Shown piece by piece: positions 9,153 to 17,386 of a stretch of 64,000 bases of DNA (the stretch's first letter is position 1; the number at the start of each line of letters is the position of its first letter). The position numbers and the translations under genes were made by a program. The notes beneath the pieces were generated by a model. That model was not told where the DNA came from. It worked only from the letters and a program-made list of their open reading frames with translations, and searched no databases. The DNA is taken from the IMG/VR virus record IMGVR_UViG_3300035670_000181, positions 2,334 to 66,333 of that record; one strand, given 5' to 3'. The DNA is from a virus.

Positions 9153-10208
9153 TTAAAAGTTATTTCTAGAGATTTTAGAAATAGTTTTTCCAAACTCAGC
9201 AAACAATGCCTTGTCTGTTTCTCTTTCAACAATTCTACGTGCCCAAGAGAATCCTGCATCTCCACCCCAGGCAAGCCACATGATGTATCCGTTAGAAGGA
9301 TTGGCCGTATTGCCCCAGTCTTTACCCTTCTTGTCTACTTCGTGACGTGAGAAGTACGAGTACATACGCTTTACTGTGCTGAGCGAGAGTGTCTCTCCAT
9401 TAGCCAGCTGTCTAGCTCTAGTCCATCCAACGGCAGTTCCTGCACCTGTGGCCTTGCCATCTTCCTTAAACTTAATAGCACGACGAGCAGCAGCCCTGGC
9501 ACCAGCAGGAGGAGAATACCCCTCTGCCTTTTCCACATTTTCAATATCATATATAACATCATCATCATCTTCCCAAAGATCGTCAAACTTTTCTGCTGGA
9601 ACACAGTTTGGAACCATTCGTCCACCGTCTCCAGGCTTCATGCCACGCTGAACGTATCCATCCCAGCACGGTGCTTGCTTGTCTATTGATTCATTTTTTT
9701 CACTCATTGTGTGTTCCTCCATATCAAACTCTTTTGCATCTAAGTACATCATACCAATGCTATATGCTGTTGGCTCCCAGCCAGATCCGCTATTAGTAAA
9801 TATTCTAACTGACATTGCTGGATTTTCTGGTGGCATAGACTCAAGTGAGTAGGCAGACCCAGGGGTTCCAAGGGTACCACCCTCCCACATAATGTGCTCT
9901 ACAACACCATGAATGACTCCTTCGCTTGTTTTTCCCATAACAAAGCTTCCCTCTGTTATTGAATTCTTCTTAAGCTTAGGGTCTTTAATTTCTGTTCCTG
10001 GCCATGCTTGTGGATTTTTAATGCCCACTCCGCCACCAGAAGTTACTACGTCTTTTGATTCGACATTTCCCTCAGACTGATTAATAGCAAAAATTTGATT
10101 GGCTGCTTCTTCTTTAGTGTTGTGACAACCCATGACAGTACCATCATCTTTTACAGCAGGGTAGCCCGAACATCCGTATGAACCCTTTTCTCCGACATGA
10201 TATGGCAT
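9153..10208 (-). CDS. Multidomain phage protein, probably head/virion-associated
   Basis: Modules GCH.TK.EA, CWDGY..GMK..VPNCVP and VGW.RARQLA..TVKRMYSYFSRH..WGGDAG recur in phage head-associated proteins; start placed at MPYH after TATAAT-N6. Confidence 0.55.
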   Translation of the reverse strand: MPYHVGEKGSYGCSGYPAVKDDGTVMGCHNTKEEAANQIFAINQSEGNVESKDVVTSGGGVGIKNPQAWPGTEIKDPKLKKNSITEGSFVMGKTSEGVIHGVVEHIMWEGGTLGTPGSAYSLESMPPENPAMSVRIFTNSGSGWEPTAYSIGMMYLDAKEFDMEEHTMSEKNESIDKQAPCWDGYVQRGMKPGDGGRMVPNCVPAEKFDDLWEDDDDVIYDIENVEKAEGYSPPAGARAAARRAIKFKEDGKATGAGTAVGWTRARQLANGETLSLSTVKRMYSYFSRHEVDKKGKDWGNTANPSNGYIMWLAWGGDAGFSWARRIVERETDKALFAEFGKTISKISRNNF

Positions 10209-10222
10209 AATGATATTATACA

Positions 10223-10675
10223 CTATTCTGCAATATATGTGCCAGAGATATGGAAGTTATCTGCAGCATTTAGGGTAAATGGTACATTATAAGTAAATGG
10301 GTTTTGCTTGCCATTTGAGGTAGTTGTTAGTAGCGTGAGAATGTCGCTACCAGCAAGCACATGACCTAGGATAGCATATTCATCTCCAGTAGAGGTGTCG
10401 TGGATACAACCATCAGACATTAAATAATTATACTTAGATACAAATGGGAGCCTAACGTAGTATTGTCCTTCACCAAAGTTTGTTATGTTGTCCATGTCGA
10501 CATCTACATTGAAGTGAACAAGGTTATCAAATCTGGTCCAGGCACCAGAAAATAGAGGTGCTCCATTAAAGGTTGGCTGAATAGCCCCTACACCAGTTGT
10601 TCCCCCATCAATTATCCAGGTTCCGTTCTCTGTATTAGCACTAGCACCAATTGATGGATGAGTAAACCTAGCCAT
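10223..10675 (-). CDS. Hypothetical beta-rich protein, possibly virion/fibre-like
   Basis: G.W.R..NLVHF, LPF and terminal ISGTY patterns resemble fibre C-terminal domains. Confidence 0.45.
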   Translation of the reverse strand: MARFTHPSIGASANTENGTWIIDGGTTGVGAIQPTFNGAPLFSGAWTRFDNLVHFNVDVDMDNITNFGEGQYYVRLPFVSKYNYLMSDGCIHDTSTGDEYAILGHVLAGSDILTLLTTTSNGKQNPFTYNVPFTLNAADNFHISGTYIAE

Positions 10676-10956
10676 TATGAGCCCTTTTCTAGCTTAGTCT
10701 TTAGCACTGCAACCTTCATGCCAGATGAACTAGAAATAGCATACAACGCCTCTTGTCCTGGCAACTCAAAAGAGATAGAGTGATTGGGCAGAATTCTAAA
10801 GCCATAGTCTGTAGATGTAACACCATCAGAACCAACATAAATATATCCAGAGTCATTTACGTTTTGAATAGTTATATCCATACCAGAATGTATGCCATCT
10901 GGAGTTAGTCTAGTTGATTGAGATGTTGATAAAGTAATTAAAGAGTGAGTGGCCAT
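10675..10956 (-). CDS. Hypothetical protein
   Basis: 93-aa ORF, TGGTATAAT-N6-ATG, coupled to the next gene. Confidence 0.6.
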   Translation of the reverse strand: MATHSLITLSTSQSTRLTPDGIHSGMDITIQNVNDSGYIYVGSDGVTSTDYGFRILPNHSISFELPGQEALYAISSSSGMKVAVLKTKLEKGS

Positions 10957-10984
10957 GGTGCTATTATACCACGTAAATAATAAA

Positions 10985-11072
10985 CCCCCACACAGCGACC
11001 ATGGCGTTGCCCAGCATAAAATGGTAACTACTCATCCTAAGATAACAAAAGTTGCCTTGCCCTGTGTGGGGA
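10985..11072 (-). ncRNA. Candidate ~90-nt structured small RNA
   Basis: Perfect 10-bp closing stem CCCCACACAG/CTGTGTGGGG with internal stems; TATAAT a few nt upstream; no ORF. Confidence 0.55.
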
Positions 11073-11087
11073 CTCTTTAATTATACA

Positions 11088-11516
11088 CTAATTAATAGCG
11101 ATCTTCTTTGGCTTCTTTTCTTCTGGAACACGCTTGTACAAATCAATGTACAGAATTCCATCAATCATAGATGCCCTGTCTACCTCAAAATATTCTGGCA
11201 GACTGAATGATCGTGTGAACTTGCGACCAGCAATGCCCTTATAGACGTAGTTGGCTCCCTCGTCCTCTTGACGCTCACCCTTAACGGCTAGCACATCCTT
11301 CTCTACTGAGATGTCAATGCCATACTGATTGAATCCAGCAACAGCAAACTCAAGGACATAGTGTTCGTCCGAGATCTTGTTGATGTTGTATGGTGGGTAG
11401 TTGGATGTGTAGCTAGATGCGAAAGCCTTATCAATTTCCTGAGTAATGCTTCCGATGCCGAGAGAGCTAAAAAAGTTCAGATCTCTTCCTGCGTGTGGTG
11501 TACGTGTGTATACCAT
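11088..11516 (-). CDS. Small heat-shock protein (Hsp20/IbpA family)
   Basis: NYPPYNI, LEFAVAGF, Y.YKGIAGRKFTRSF.L, DGIL.I.L, PEEKKPKKI. Confidence 0.95.
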   Translation of the reverse strand: MVYTRTPHAGRDLNFFSSLGIGSITQEIDKAFASSYTSNYPPYNINKISDEHYVLEFAVAGFNQYGIDISVEKDVLAVKGERQEDEGANYVYKGIAGRKFTRSFSLPEYFEVDRASMIDGILYIDLYKRVPEEKKPKKIAIN

Positions 11517-11525
11517 ATATATCAT

Positions 11526-11568
11526 CTCCTTATATTAAGCGAGTTAATTGCCCCCAATTGGCAGGCAT
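11526..11568 (-). promoter_or_regulatory. ROSE-like RNA thermometer in the hsp20 5' UTR
   Basis: CUC(G)CUU-aauau-AAGGAG hairpin sequesters the SD with a bulged G in UCGCU; upstream UGCC/GGCA hairpin; TGCTATAAT promoter at 11573-11581. Confidence 0.6.
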
Positions 11569-11584
11569 ATACATTATAGCATAT

Positions 11585-12211
11585 CTACCAGGTCCAGCCA
11601 AGATCAGACTGTCTTTTTATTACTGCGTCCCTAAAGTCTGCGTAGCTATTTGATAGCTTTATAAGGAAATCTCTATCTATCATGCTATACTTCAAAACAA
11701 TTTCTTCGTATCTTTCATGATTTTTAGAGCTATTGGCAACTATTTTATATTTATCATTAGCATCTTGTAAGAATATTTTTTTTACAATAGCTTCTGCATT
11801 TTTATTTACAACATTAATACCTAGGCTACTAGCTAAATTCTCTATAGTTTTTTCCAGGTTGTCTGATAGCTGCTCAAATAGTATCGGATAAATTGTGTCA
11901 ACACTCTTTGATGCTGCAGCATAAAAATCTATATACTGCTTGGCGTTATTCTCAAATAGATACGGCTTTATTTCAAGACCTTGCATTATTGTTCCAAGTA
12001 TAATTGCAGAAGGAATACAGTCTTTTGGATCTCTTAAAATAGTTATTACTGGAATGTCTGACCTAAGCAAAAGTTCTATTTCGTGATCATTATATCCGTC
12101 TTGATAAAATTTTTCTAGGTCATACCCAGTTAATCCCTGTGAATATCCAATAACTCTTCTTAAAAAGTGTGTGCCAGATCGTGGAAACGCCACAACGCAT
12201 GGGTTTATCAT
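11585..12211 (-). CDS. Sulfotransferase-family protein
   Basis: 5'-PSB-like FPRSGTHFL, 3'-PB-like LRDPKD..S, FEQL; start at 12211 after AGGAG. Confidence 0.7.
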   Translation of the reverse strand: MINPCVVAFPRSGTHFLRRVIGYSQGLTGYDLEKFYQDGYNDHEIELLLRSDIPVITILRDPKDCIPSAIILGTIMQGLEIKPYLFENNAKQYIDFYAAASKSVDTIYPILFEQLSDNLEKTIENLASSLGINVVNKNAEAIVKKIFLQDANDKYKIVANSSKNHERYEEIVLKYSMIDRDFLIKLSNSYADFRDAVIKRQSDLGWTW

Positions 12212-12220
12212 ATATCTCCT

Positions 12221-12258
12221 AAAAACAAAAAATGGGCTATATATAATTATACAGCCCA
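12221..12258 (-). terminator. Intrinsic terminator with an embedded -10 box
   Basis: TGGGCTGTATA/TATATAGCCCA hairpin followed by TTTTTTGTTTTT; contains TGTATAAT. Confidence 0.7.
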
Positions 12259-12274
12259 CTTAATGCTATTTAGT

Positions 12275-12649
12275 TTACTTTTTAGTTGTTGGCTTCTTTG
12301 TAGCTGGCTTCTTTGCAGCTGGCTTCTTTACATCTGCGGAAGCTACCTTGCCTGTTCCAGCAGACCCAGACGCAGCCTTAACTGCCTCTTCCTGAATCTT
12401 AGTGGAAACAGATGTTGCAACAGCTTGTGCCACCAAACCAAATGCTGGGTCCTTCTTGTTTACCCAGCGAATTAGTGTTGGTACTGCTGCTGCCCAAAGA
12501 CCATTAGCAACAGTTAGCCACTCTCCAGTACCGAAGTCTAGAGGTGATGCTAGGCCAGAATTTGCCATGGTAGTTGTTACCAGTGCTAATGCTACACCTA
12601 GCAGGTTTCTTAGATATGAATCTAGAGCTGCCTTTAATTGATTACTCAT
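12275..12649 (-). CDS. Holin-like membrane protein with Lys/Pro/Ala-rich tail
   Basis: SYLR then two hydrophobic segments, RW.NKKDPAFG, KKPAAKKPATKKPTTKK tail. Confidence 0.6.
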   Translation of the reverse strand: MSNQLKAALDSYLRNLLGVALALVTTTMANSGLASPLDFGTGEWLTVANGLWAAAVPTLIRWVNKKDPAFGLVAQAVATSVSTKIQEEAVKAASGSAGTGKVASADVKKPAAKKPATKKPTTKK

Positions 12650-12667
12650 TTATTTTTTTCTCCTTGT

Positions 12668-12835
12668 TTACCATAATACTTGACTAGCTATTTGATTATA
12701 GTGTAGGTGGCATAGGTCAATCAGCTTACCCTCAACAGTCTCAAACTGATCTTCCGTTTCAAGTTCACAGGAAGATATCTCGCATACACGATATAAATAT
12801 TCCTCAACCTGTTGTCTTGACTTTAAGCCTAACAT
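12668..12835 (-). CDS. Small Cys/His protein (55 aa, below the ORF-track cutoff)
   Basis: MLGLKSRQQ...CEISSC...LCHLHY...LW* fills the intergenic gap. Confidence 0.55.
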   Translation of the reverse strand: MLGLKSRQQVEEYLYRVCEISSCELETEDQFETVEGKLIDLCHLHYNQIASQVLW

Positions 12836-12847
12836 ATTATCACCTAG

Positions 12848-13222
12848 CTAGTTTACCATATCTGGATTTGTGTTTGGCAAAAACTTAATAAGCCTATTAT
12901 ATGCCTCTTGAATTTTGCCAGTATCTGAGCCTTCCATAGCCCCATGCAGTTCAACAATAGCTTCTTGGACCTCTTCAATATATCCAAAAGCCCATTCTCT
13001 AGATTCAGAAATAAATTTTAAGAATCCATCTGTTTGTTGAATTTCCAGGGACTGAGAATACTCAGAAAGCTTTGTCAGTTGATCAATAAGTGCCATCCTA
13101 TCAATCTCAAACTGAATAATGATATTAGACAGCTTGCGTGTCTTTAAAAATGAAATCAGGTTGCCAATAAATAGCAAAATAATTATTACAGATATAGATA
13201 TATAAACCAAGATATCAGCCAT
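12848..13222 (-). CDS. Hypothetical membrane-anchored protein
   Basis: N-terminal TM helix; FLKFISESREWAF.YIEEVQ. Confidence 0.65.
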   Translation of the reverse strand: MADILVYISISVIIILLFIGNLISFLKTRKLSNIIIQFEIDRMALIDQLTKLSEYSQSLEIQQTDGFLKFISESREWAFGYIEEVQEAIVELHGAMEGSDTGKIQEAYNRLIKFLPNTNPDMVN

Positions 13223-13694
13223 TAGCTTGCCTTTCTAAATGCGTAACCCAAAAGTATTGACACTTATCGCAGCAAGGGTTAGCATTATCGTGGACAAAAT
13301 CCATATAAAACTCTGGATCTTTTCTATACAGGTTAGCTCTATGAGATTCTGTGATTCTGTCTAGAATTGCACTATCCTCATACCACCTTGGCATGCTGTG
13401 TTCCCAATTCATAGCGTATTTGCTGTGTAGCTCAATAAGGTTTGATTCATTCTTATCAGTCTTAATTCCCCTACTACGTGCCTCAACTACCATATTAGCC
13501 ACATAGTCATAGAGAGCATCCTGATATCCATTCCACATCTTTACAGCAGGATGGTTCCGCCAGGCTGCACGTGGATCTGGATTATGCAAGACCTTAAGGA
13601 TCTGATATCCTTCAAGAATCTGCTTATTCAAACGTTTTGAGTCTAGTGCCTGGGCAGACTGAGCAAAACTCTTATAGGGTAAGAATGTTTGCAT
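13215..13694 (-). CDS. Pyrimidine-dimer DNA glycosylase/endonuclease V-like (MSMEG_6728 family)
   Basis: MQTFLPY..F..SA..LD.KRL.KQ..E..Q, WRNHPAVKMW.G, SHR.NL.RKDP. Confidence 0.85.
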   Translation of the reverse strand: MQTFLPYKSFAQSAQALDSKRLNKQILEGYQILKVLHNPDPRAAWRNHPAVKMWNGYQDALYDYVANMVVEARSRGIKTDKNESNLIELHSKYAMNWEHSMPRWYEDSAILDRITESHRANLYRKDPEFYMDFVHDNANPCCDKCQYFWVTHLERQANG

Positions 13695-13936
13695 TATTCT
13701 TCTACTCCGCCTTCTCTTACTAGCAACACGATTGCTCCATTATCTTCTAGTGCCTTTTTTATCTTAGACATATATTCTACAGCACGACGCTTATCTTCGT
13801 CAAGTAGCGACATGAAAACTTTTTCATTAGCTATAACTGTAAGAAAGTATTCATTGTCCATAATGTCTAGATAAAAGCCTTTTGGTGCGTGATGTGCCAA
13901 AGACCTCACTGCAGTCTTCATGTTATCTGTATACAT
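13694..13936 (-). CDS. Hypothetical protein
   Basis: 80-aa ORF in a coupled run. Confidence 0.6.
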   Translation of the reverse strand: MYTDNMKTAVRSLAHHAPKGFYLDIMDNEYFLTVIANEKVFMSLLDEDKRRAVEYMSKIKKALEDNGAIVLLVREGGVEE

Positions 13937-13938
13937 AA

Positions 13939-14226
13939 TTACCTAACATCTGTTGTTAAAGACTGCCATTTTTCAGCCCATACTTGCTTATTACGATGAC
14001 GGTTAAATTCCCTGGAAATAGCTCCACCCTCAAGATATATGCCACCCCAAACACCCCATTCCTTTTGAGAAACGCCAACAGCAAAACACTGCCTTGCTAC
14101 TGGACACTCTGAGCATAGCTTATCAATAGCTGGTCTCAGAGCTAAATCCTCCTCATATTTATCAAAGAATAGGTTAGTATCGTAGTCAACACAGTCTGCA
14201 TCGTTTTTCCATGCATTCTTGTCCAT
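13939..14226 (-). CDS. whiB: WhiB-family transcription factor
   Basis: C..(FF)..CxxCPV..QC and GVWGG. Confidence 0.9.
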   Translation of the reverse strand: MDKNAWKNDADCVDYDTNLFFDKYEEDLALRPAIDKLCSECPVARQCFAVGVSQKEWGVWGGIYLEGGAISREFNRHRNKQVWAEKWQSLTTDVR

Positions 14227-14227
14227 A

Positions 14228-14437
14228 CTACCTCACTAGTCTGTCAGGGATCTCCCAACCGCTAGCAGTTACCGTATAACGCTTTTGCAGGTGCCACTTA
14301 CCCTTGTAGAAAATGCCGTTTGGGTCAGTCCAAGCAGCATGAGATGGGGTCCTGTGTAGAACATCCCAACCATCCCAAAACAAAGACTTGTTAGATGCAA
14401 CAATCTTTTCCATTTTTGAGAGTGATTTAATTATCAT
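14228..14437 (-). CDS. Hypothetical protein
   Basis: 69-aa Trp-rich ORF (WDGWDV). Confidence 0.65.
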   Translation of the reverse strand: MIIKSLSKMEKIVASNKSLFWDGWDVLHRTPSHAAWTDPNGIFYKGKWHLQKRYTVTASGWEIPDRLVR

Positions 14438-14488
14438 TGTAATTGTCCTTACTATATGATAAACCTGACAACATACCTTGTAGTCAGC

Positions 14489-14842
14489 CTAGTATCTGTA
14501 TACTCCAACTGGCACATCCTTAGATTCTGCCAGGTGTACTAAATCAGATACTGATTCTTTTGGTTTGCTGAAGAATGCAAAGTAGTCAACAGCAGAAATA
14601 TTTTGCTTAATCCAGCTTGGTGGAACCTTAAGCACACGAATCTTAATTCCATTTGCCTTAAGAGTTCTTTCTGCAATATTTGCAAACTCCAAACACATGC
14701 CATTTATATTAGCAGGTCCAGCAGAATAAAGCAATATCTCTGAATCATTTTCATCTTTTGTTGTTAATGCAACATGCATTGCTCGCAAAAATATATTGCT
14801 GTAGTCTGAGAAATTACGAGTTCCCTGAACTCCTACGATCAT
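14489..14842 (-). CDS. Hypothetical protein, possibly SLOG/YspA-like
   Basis: N-terminal IVGVQGTRNFSDY resembles SLOG-family starts. Confidence 0.45.
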   Translation of the reverse strand: MIVGVQGTRNFSDYSNIFLRAMHVALTTKDENDSEILLYSAGPANINGMCLEFANIAERTLKANGIKIRVLKVPPSWIKQNISAVDYFAFFSKPKESVSDLVHLAESKDVPVGVYRY

Positions 14843-15245
14843 CAGCCTTCCCTTCTGTTAGCTTCTGTACTATAAAAAACATCTTGTCCAATTGTACCTT
14901 ATCCATGCCCATTGTGTCAACTGGTTTTGCTGTTTCTTGATCAACATTGCCATCAACAAGGTCTGCACAATAGAACTGATTATCTTTAATCCAATAGGCC
15001 CTGCCATCCAAAAACATAACCTTAAGAGAGTTGCGGTCATAGTGGTTGGTTGCCTGGGTCCTAAGCTCTGGCTTAAAACTATTTATATTATTAGATATAT
15101 ATAAGGCTGTTCTAATAAGATCAAAAGTCCTGCTTTGGCTATGTTCTGGCTTAAAGTAAAATATATTTTTGGGAGTATTTCTAGCAATAAGCATTGCAGA
15201 GGTCATGACTATAATGCCAGCAACTAAACCAATCAAATACTCCAT
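14814..15245 (-). CDS. Hypothetical membrane-anchored protein
   Basis: N-terminal hydrophobic helix; TATAAT and GGAG upstream. Confidence 0.6.
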   Translation of the reverse strand: MEYLIGLVAGIIVMTSAMLIARNTPKNIFYFKPEHSQSRTFDLIRTALYISNNINSFKPELRTQATNHYDRNSLKVMFLDGRAYWIKDNQFYCADLVDGNVDQETAKPVDTMGMDKVQLDKMFFIVQKLTEGKADDRRSSGNS

Positions 15246-15271
15246 TTAGATCTCCAAAAACAATTATACTA

Positions 15272-15601
15272 TTATTCTTTGGACATTAGGCCAATAATTT
15301 GCTTTAGGTTTAAAAGCTGTTCAGCATTTAGGGTATCAGTGTGTGCAGCACTAAATGCTTTTTCGGTAAGCCTTACTGTTGGACTATCGTCTGTAAGATC
15401 AATCTCTAAAAATCCATTTTGCCACAAAAACATGATTTCAGAGTGAACATAGTTCATAAGTCTTTTATGTAGTGGTGGAGAGAACTGTGCCAACTTCTCA
15501 GTAAAAGTATATAGCATTTCTCCAGAGTTCATATCCATTCCTGCTGGTTCTACCGTGCCATTAAGAATCATAGACTCTAAAATATTTTTATCTTTGCTCA
15601 T
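15272..15601 (-). CDS. Hypothetical protein, possibly winged-helix
   Basis: 109-aa ORF; LWQNGFLEI..VRLTEKA. Confidence 0.55.
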   Translation of the reverse strand: MSKDKNILESMILNGTVEPAGMDMNSGEMLYTFTEKLAQFSPPLHKRLMNYVHSEIMFLWQNGFLEIDLTDDSPTVRLTEKAFSAAHTDTLNAEQLLNLKQIIGLMSKE

Positions 15602-15803
15602 ATCTTCTTCCCCATTTTACAAAATTCCATCCACGTTCATGAAAATAATAAAGTACTGTTTTTGTTAAAACTTCTAGCGATGCAATTGATGCAGCAGCAA
15701 CTGGCTCTTTAGTAATTAACCAGGATATTAAGAATGTGTCTGCTGTCCCAATAATTCTCCACGAGATGGCCTTAGCAGCAGACCTAGACCTTGTTACATT
15801 CAT
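15588..15803 (-). CDS. DUF2061-like small membrane protein
   Basis: RS..KAISWRIIGT.DT...K..LYYFHER.W..V.WG. Confidence 0.8.
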   Translation of the reverse strand: MNVTRSRSAAKAISWRIIGTADTFLISWLITKEPVAAASIASLEVLTKTVLYYFHERGWNFVKWGRRYEQR

Positions 15804-16558
15804 ATGCCCATCTCTTTTCTTTTCTGAGTAGCAGAGATTGCCTGTATTTCTGGTGGCAAATCTACATGTTCAATCTTATATCCAACATCACGTCCATAAA
15901 CAATGTTTGTGATATTGGGCAAACGCATTACCAGGGTAGCCCCATCATGTTCGATATCTTTATATATATATCGTTCAACTTCTTCATAAGTAAGCGGATC
16001 CTTTTCTGAAGTTCCATAAGTATTTCTAACTCCCACTAATACCTGGCTGGTCCTCTTATGTGCCTCATTTTTCAAAGCACTATGCCCCTCATGCCATGGC
16101 TGGTACCTTCCAAGCTGAAGGGTTGTTGGTGCTGACCAATCAAACAGCTCTGCTTCTTTAATTACTAAGGCTACCTCTTCTTCTACAGTAAGCCCATCCT
16201 CAATCCTAAGATCACATACTGCTGGATTTTGCCAAATAGAGTCTGTATCCTCAAACCTACTCTTATCAATTCTATCAACCCAAATTAAAAAATCCTGGTA
16301 TCCAAAAGCTTTTCTTGTTTCAACAGTTGGGCAAACAAAATCAACAATCACTGTTTTTCCCTGATTAGATAGTAGTTCTGCTATAGCACCAAGCCTGCGA
16401 GCATTCTCTATTCTATCCTCAATACTAAAGCCAAGATCGGAGTTTATAGAGGATCTAACTTCATCTGCATTTAGGTGTATGGCATCTACCTTTTCTAGCA
16501 ATGCCTTAGCAAGGGTAGTCTTACCGCTGCCTGGTAAACCAATAATTTGAATAATCAC
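15800..16558 (-). CDS. Adenylylsulfate-kinase-like P-loop domain fused to an HxGH nucleotidyltransferase domain
   Basis: GLPGSGKTT, LNADEVR, DLGFS.EDR.EN.RR; C-terminal GRYQPWHEGH. Confidence 0.8.
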   Translation of the reverse strand: MIIQIIGLPGSGKTTLAKALLEKVDAIHLNADEVRSSINSDLGFSIEDRIENARRLGAIAELLSNQGKTVIVDFVCPTVETRKAFGYQDFLIWVDRIDKSRFEDTDSIWQNPAVCDLRIEDGLTVEEEVALVIKEAELFDWSAPTTLQLGRYQPWHEGHSALKNEAHKRTSQVLVGVRNTYGTSEKDPLTYEEVERYIYKDIEHDGATLVMRLPNITNIVYGRDVGYKIEHVDLPPEIQAISATQKRKEMGI

Positions 16559-16560
16559 AA

Positions 16561-16971
16561 CTATCCCTTTTGTGAGTTTAGTCGTGCCTTAGCAAGTGCT
16601 TCAAAGTCTTTTACCTTAGTATCCCCTAAGTATCCCCAGGCATAGCCCTTCTCAATCATCTCATTATTGATTGAGTTTCCAGATCCATCCAGGTATACCC
16701 AGCCAAGAATGCGACCATACTTTTCAGATGAGTCCATCTTTTCGGTCTTAATCACAACAGTCTTGGCAGCCTTGATGGCCTTCTTTAAGTATTCTTTAGA
16801 CTCTAAGCCAAGGGCCTTTTCAGCCCTGTCAGATGTACGTGACTCTGGAGTGTCAATGCCAGCAAGGCGTACACGGCTCTGGAATAGGATATCAAATCCT
16901 AGATCAATCACAACGTCAATGGTATCACCATCTACTACGTTAGTCACTTCCTTAACAAAATATTCATACAT
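16561..16971 (-). CDS. Thermonuclease (SNase-family) nuclease
   Basis: VVDGDTID, RVRLAGIDTPE, KYGRILG. Confidence 0.92.
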   Translation of the reverse strand: MYEYFVKEVTNVVDGDTIDVVIDLGFDILFQSRVRLAGIDTPESRTSDRAEKALGLESKEYLKKAIKAAKTVVIKTEKMDSSEKYGRILGWVYLDGSGNSINNEMIEKGYAWGYLGDTKVKDFEALAKARLNSQKG

Positions 16972-17204
16972 TAGTTTTCTCCTACTAAACGATTTTCAAC
17001 CAATCGCTCTCGCTCGTCAACAAACTCAAAAGCAAACTTCATCATATTCTCATAACCGATTGAACTATTCATTATCTTGTCGTAGTGATGAGAGCAAAAC
17101 AATAGCTCTCCTGTAACCCCTGTAACTTTTACATAGGCCTGTGCTGAGCATTCAGCATCACAACGATCAGAAGCAGTTAAAGTCCATTCTTGGGTTTGAA
17201 TCAT
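16971..17204 (-). CDS. Small Cys/His actinobacterial-type hypothetical protein
   Basis: LTASDRCD..C.AQAYV...LLFC.HH. Confidence 0.7.
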   Translation of the reverse strand: MIQTQEWTLTASDRCDAECSAQAYVKVTGVTGELLFCSHHYDKIMNSSIGYENMMKFAFEFVDERERLVENRLVGEN

Positions 17205-17386
17205 TACTTTCCTTTGTCAGTTGAATAAAATCCGCCACCATTAAAGGTAACTCCTATAGAAGAGTATACCCTATTTAAAGGAATATTGCAAGACTGACAC
17301 TGTGGAACAACTTCTTTGTCAGCAATGCCCCTGGAAATAGTCTCAGAGGCATCGCATGACTTACACTTATATTCGTAAATCGCCAT
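17204..17386 (-). CDS. FmdB-family zinc-ribbon protein
   Basis: M.IYEYKC..C...C..C...RVYS..F.GGGFYSTD. Confidence 0.85.
   Translation of the reverse strand: MAIYEYKCKSCDASETISRGIADKEVVPQCQSCNIPLNRVYSSIGVTFNGGGFYSTDKGK

Noticed and set aside
14466-14488. Small hairpin CTGAC.ACA/TGT.GTCAG between genes
   Set aside because: No clear U-tract or other support; too weak to call
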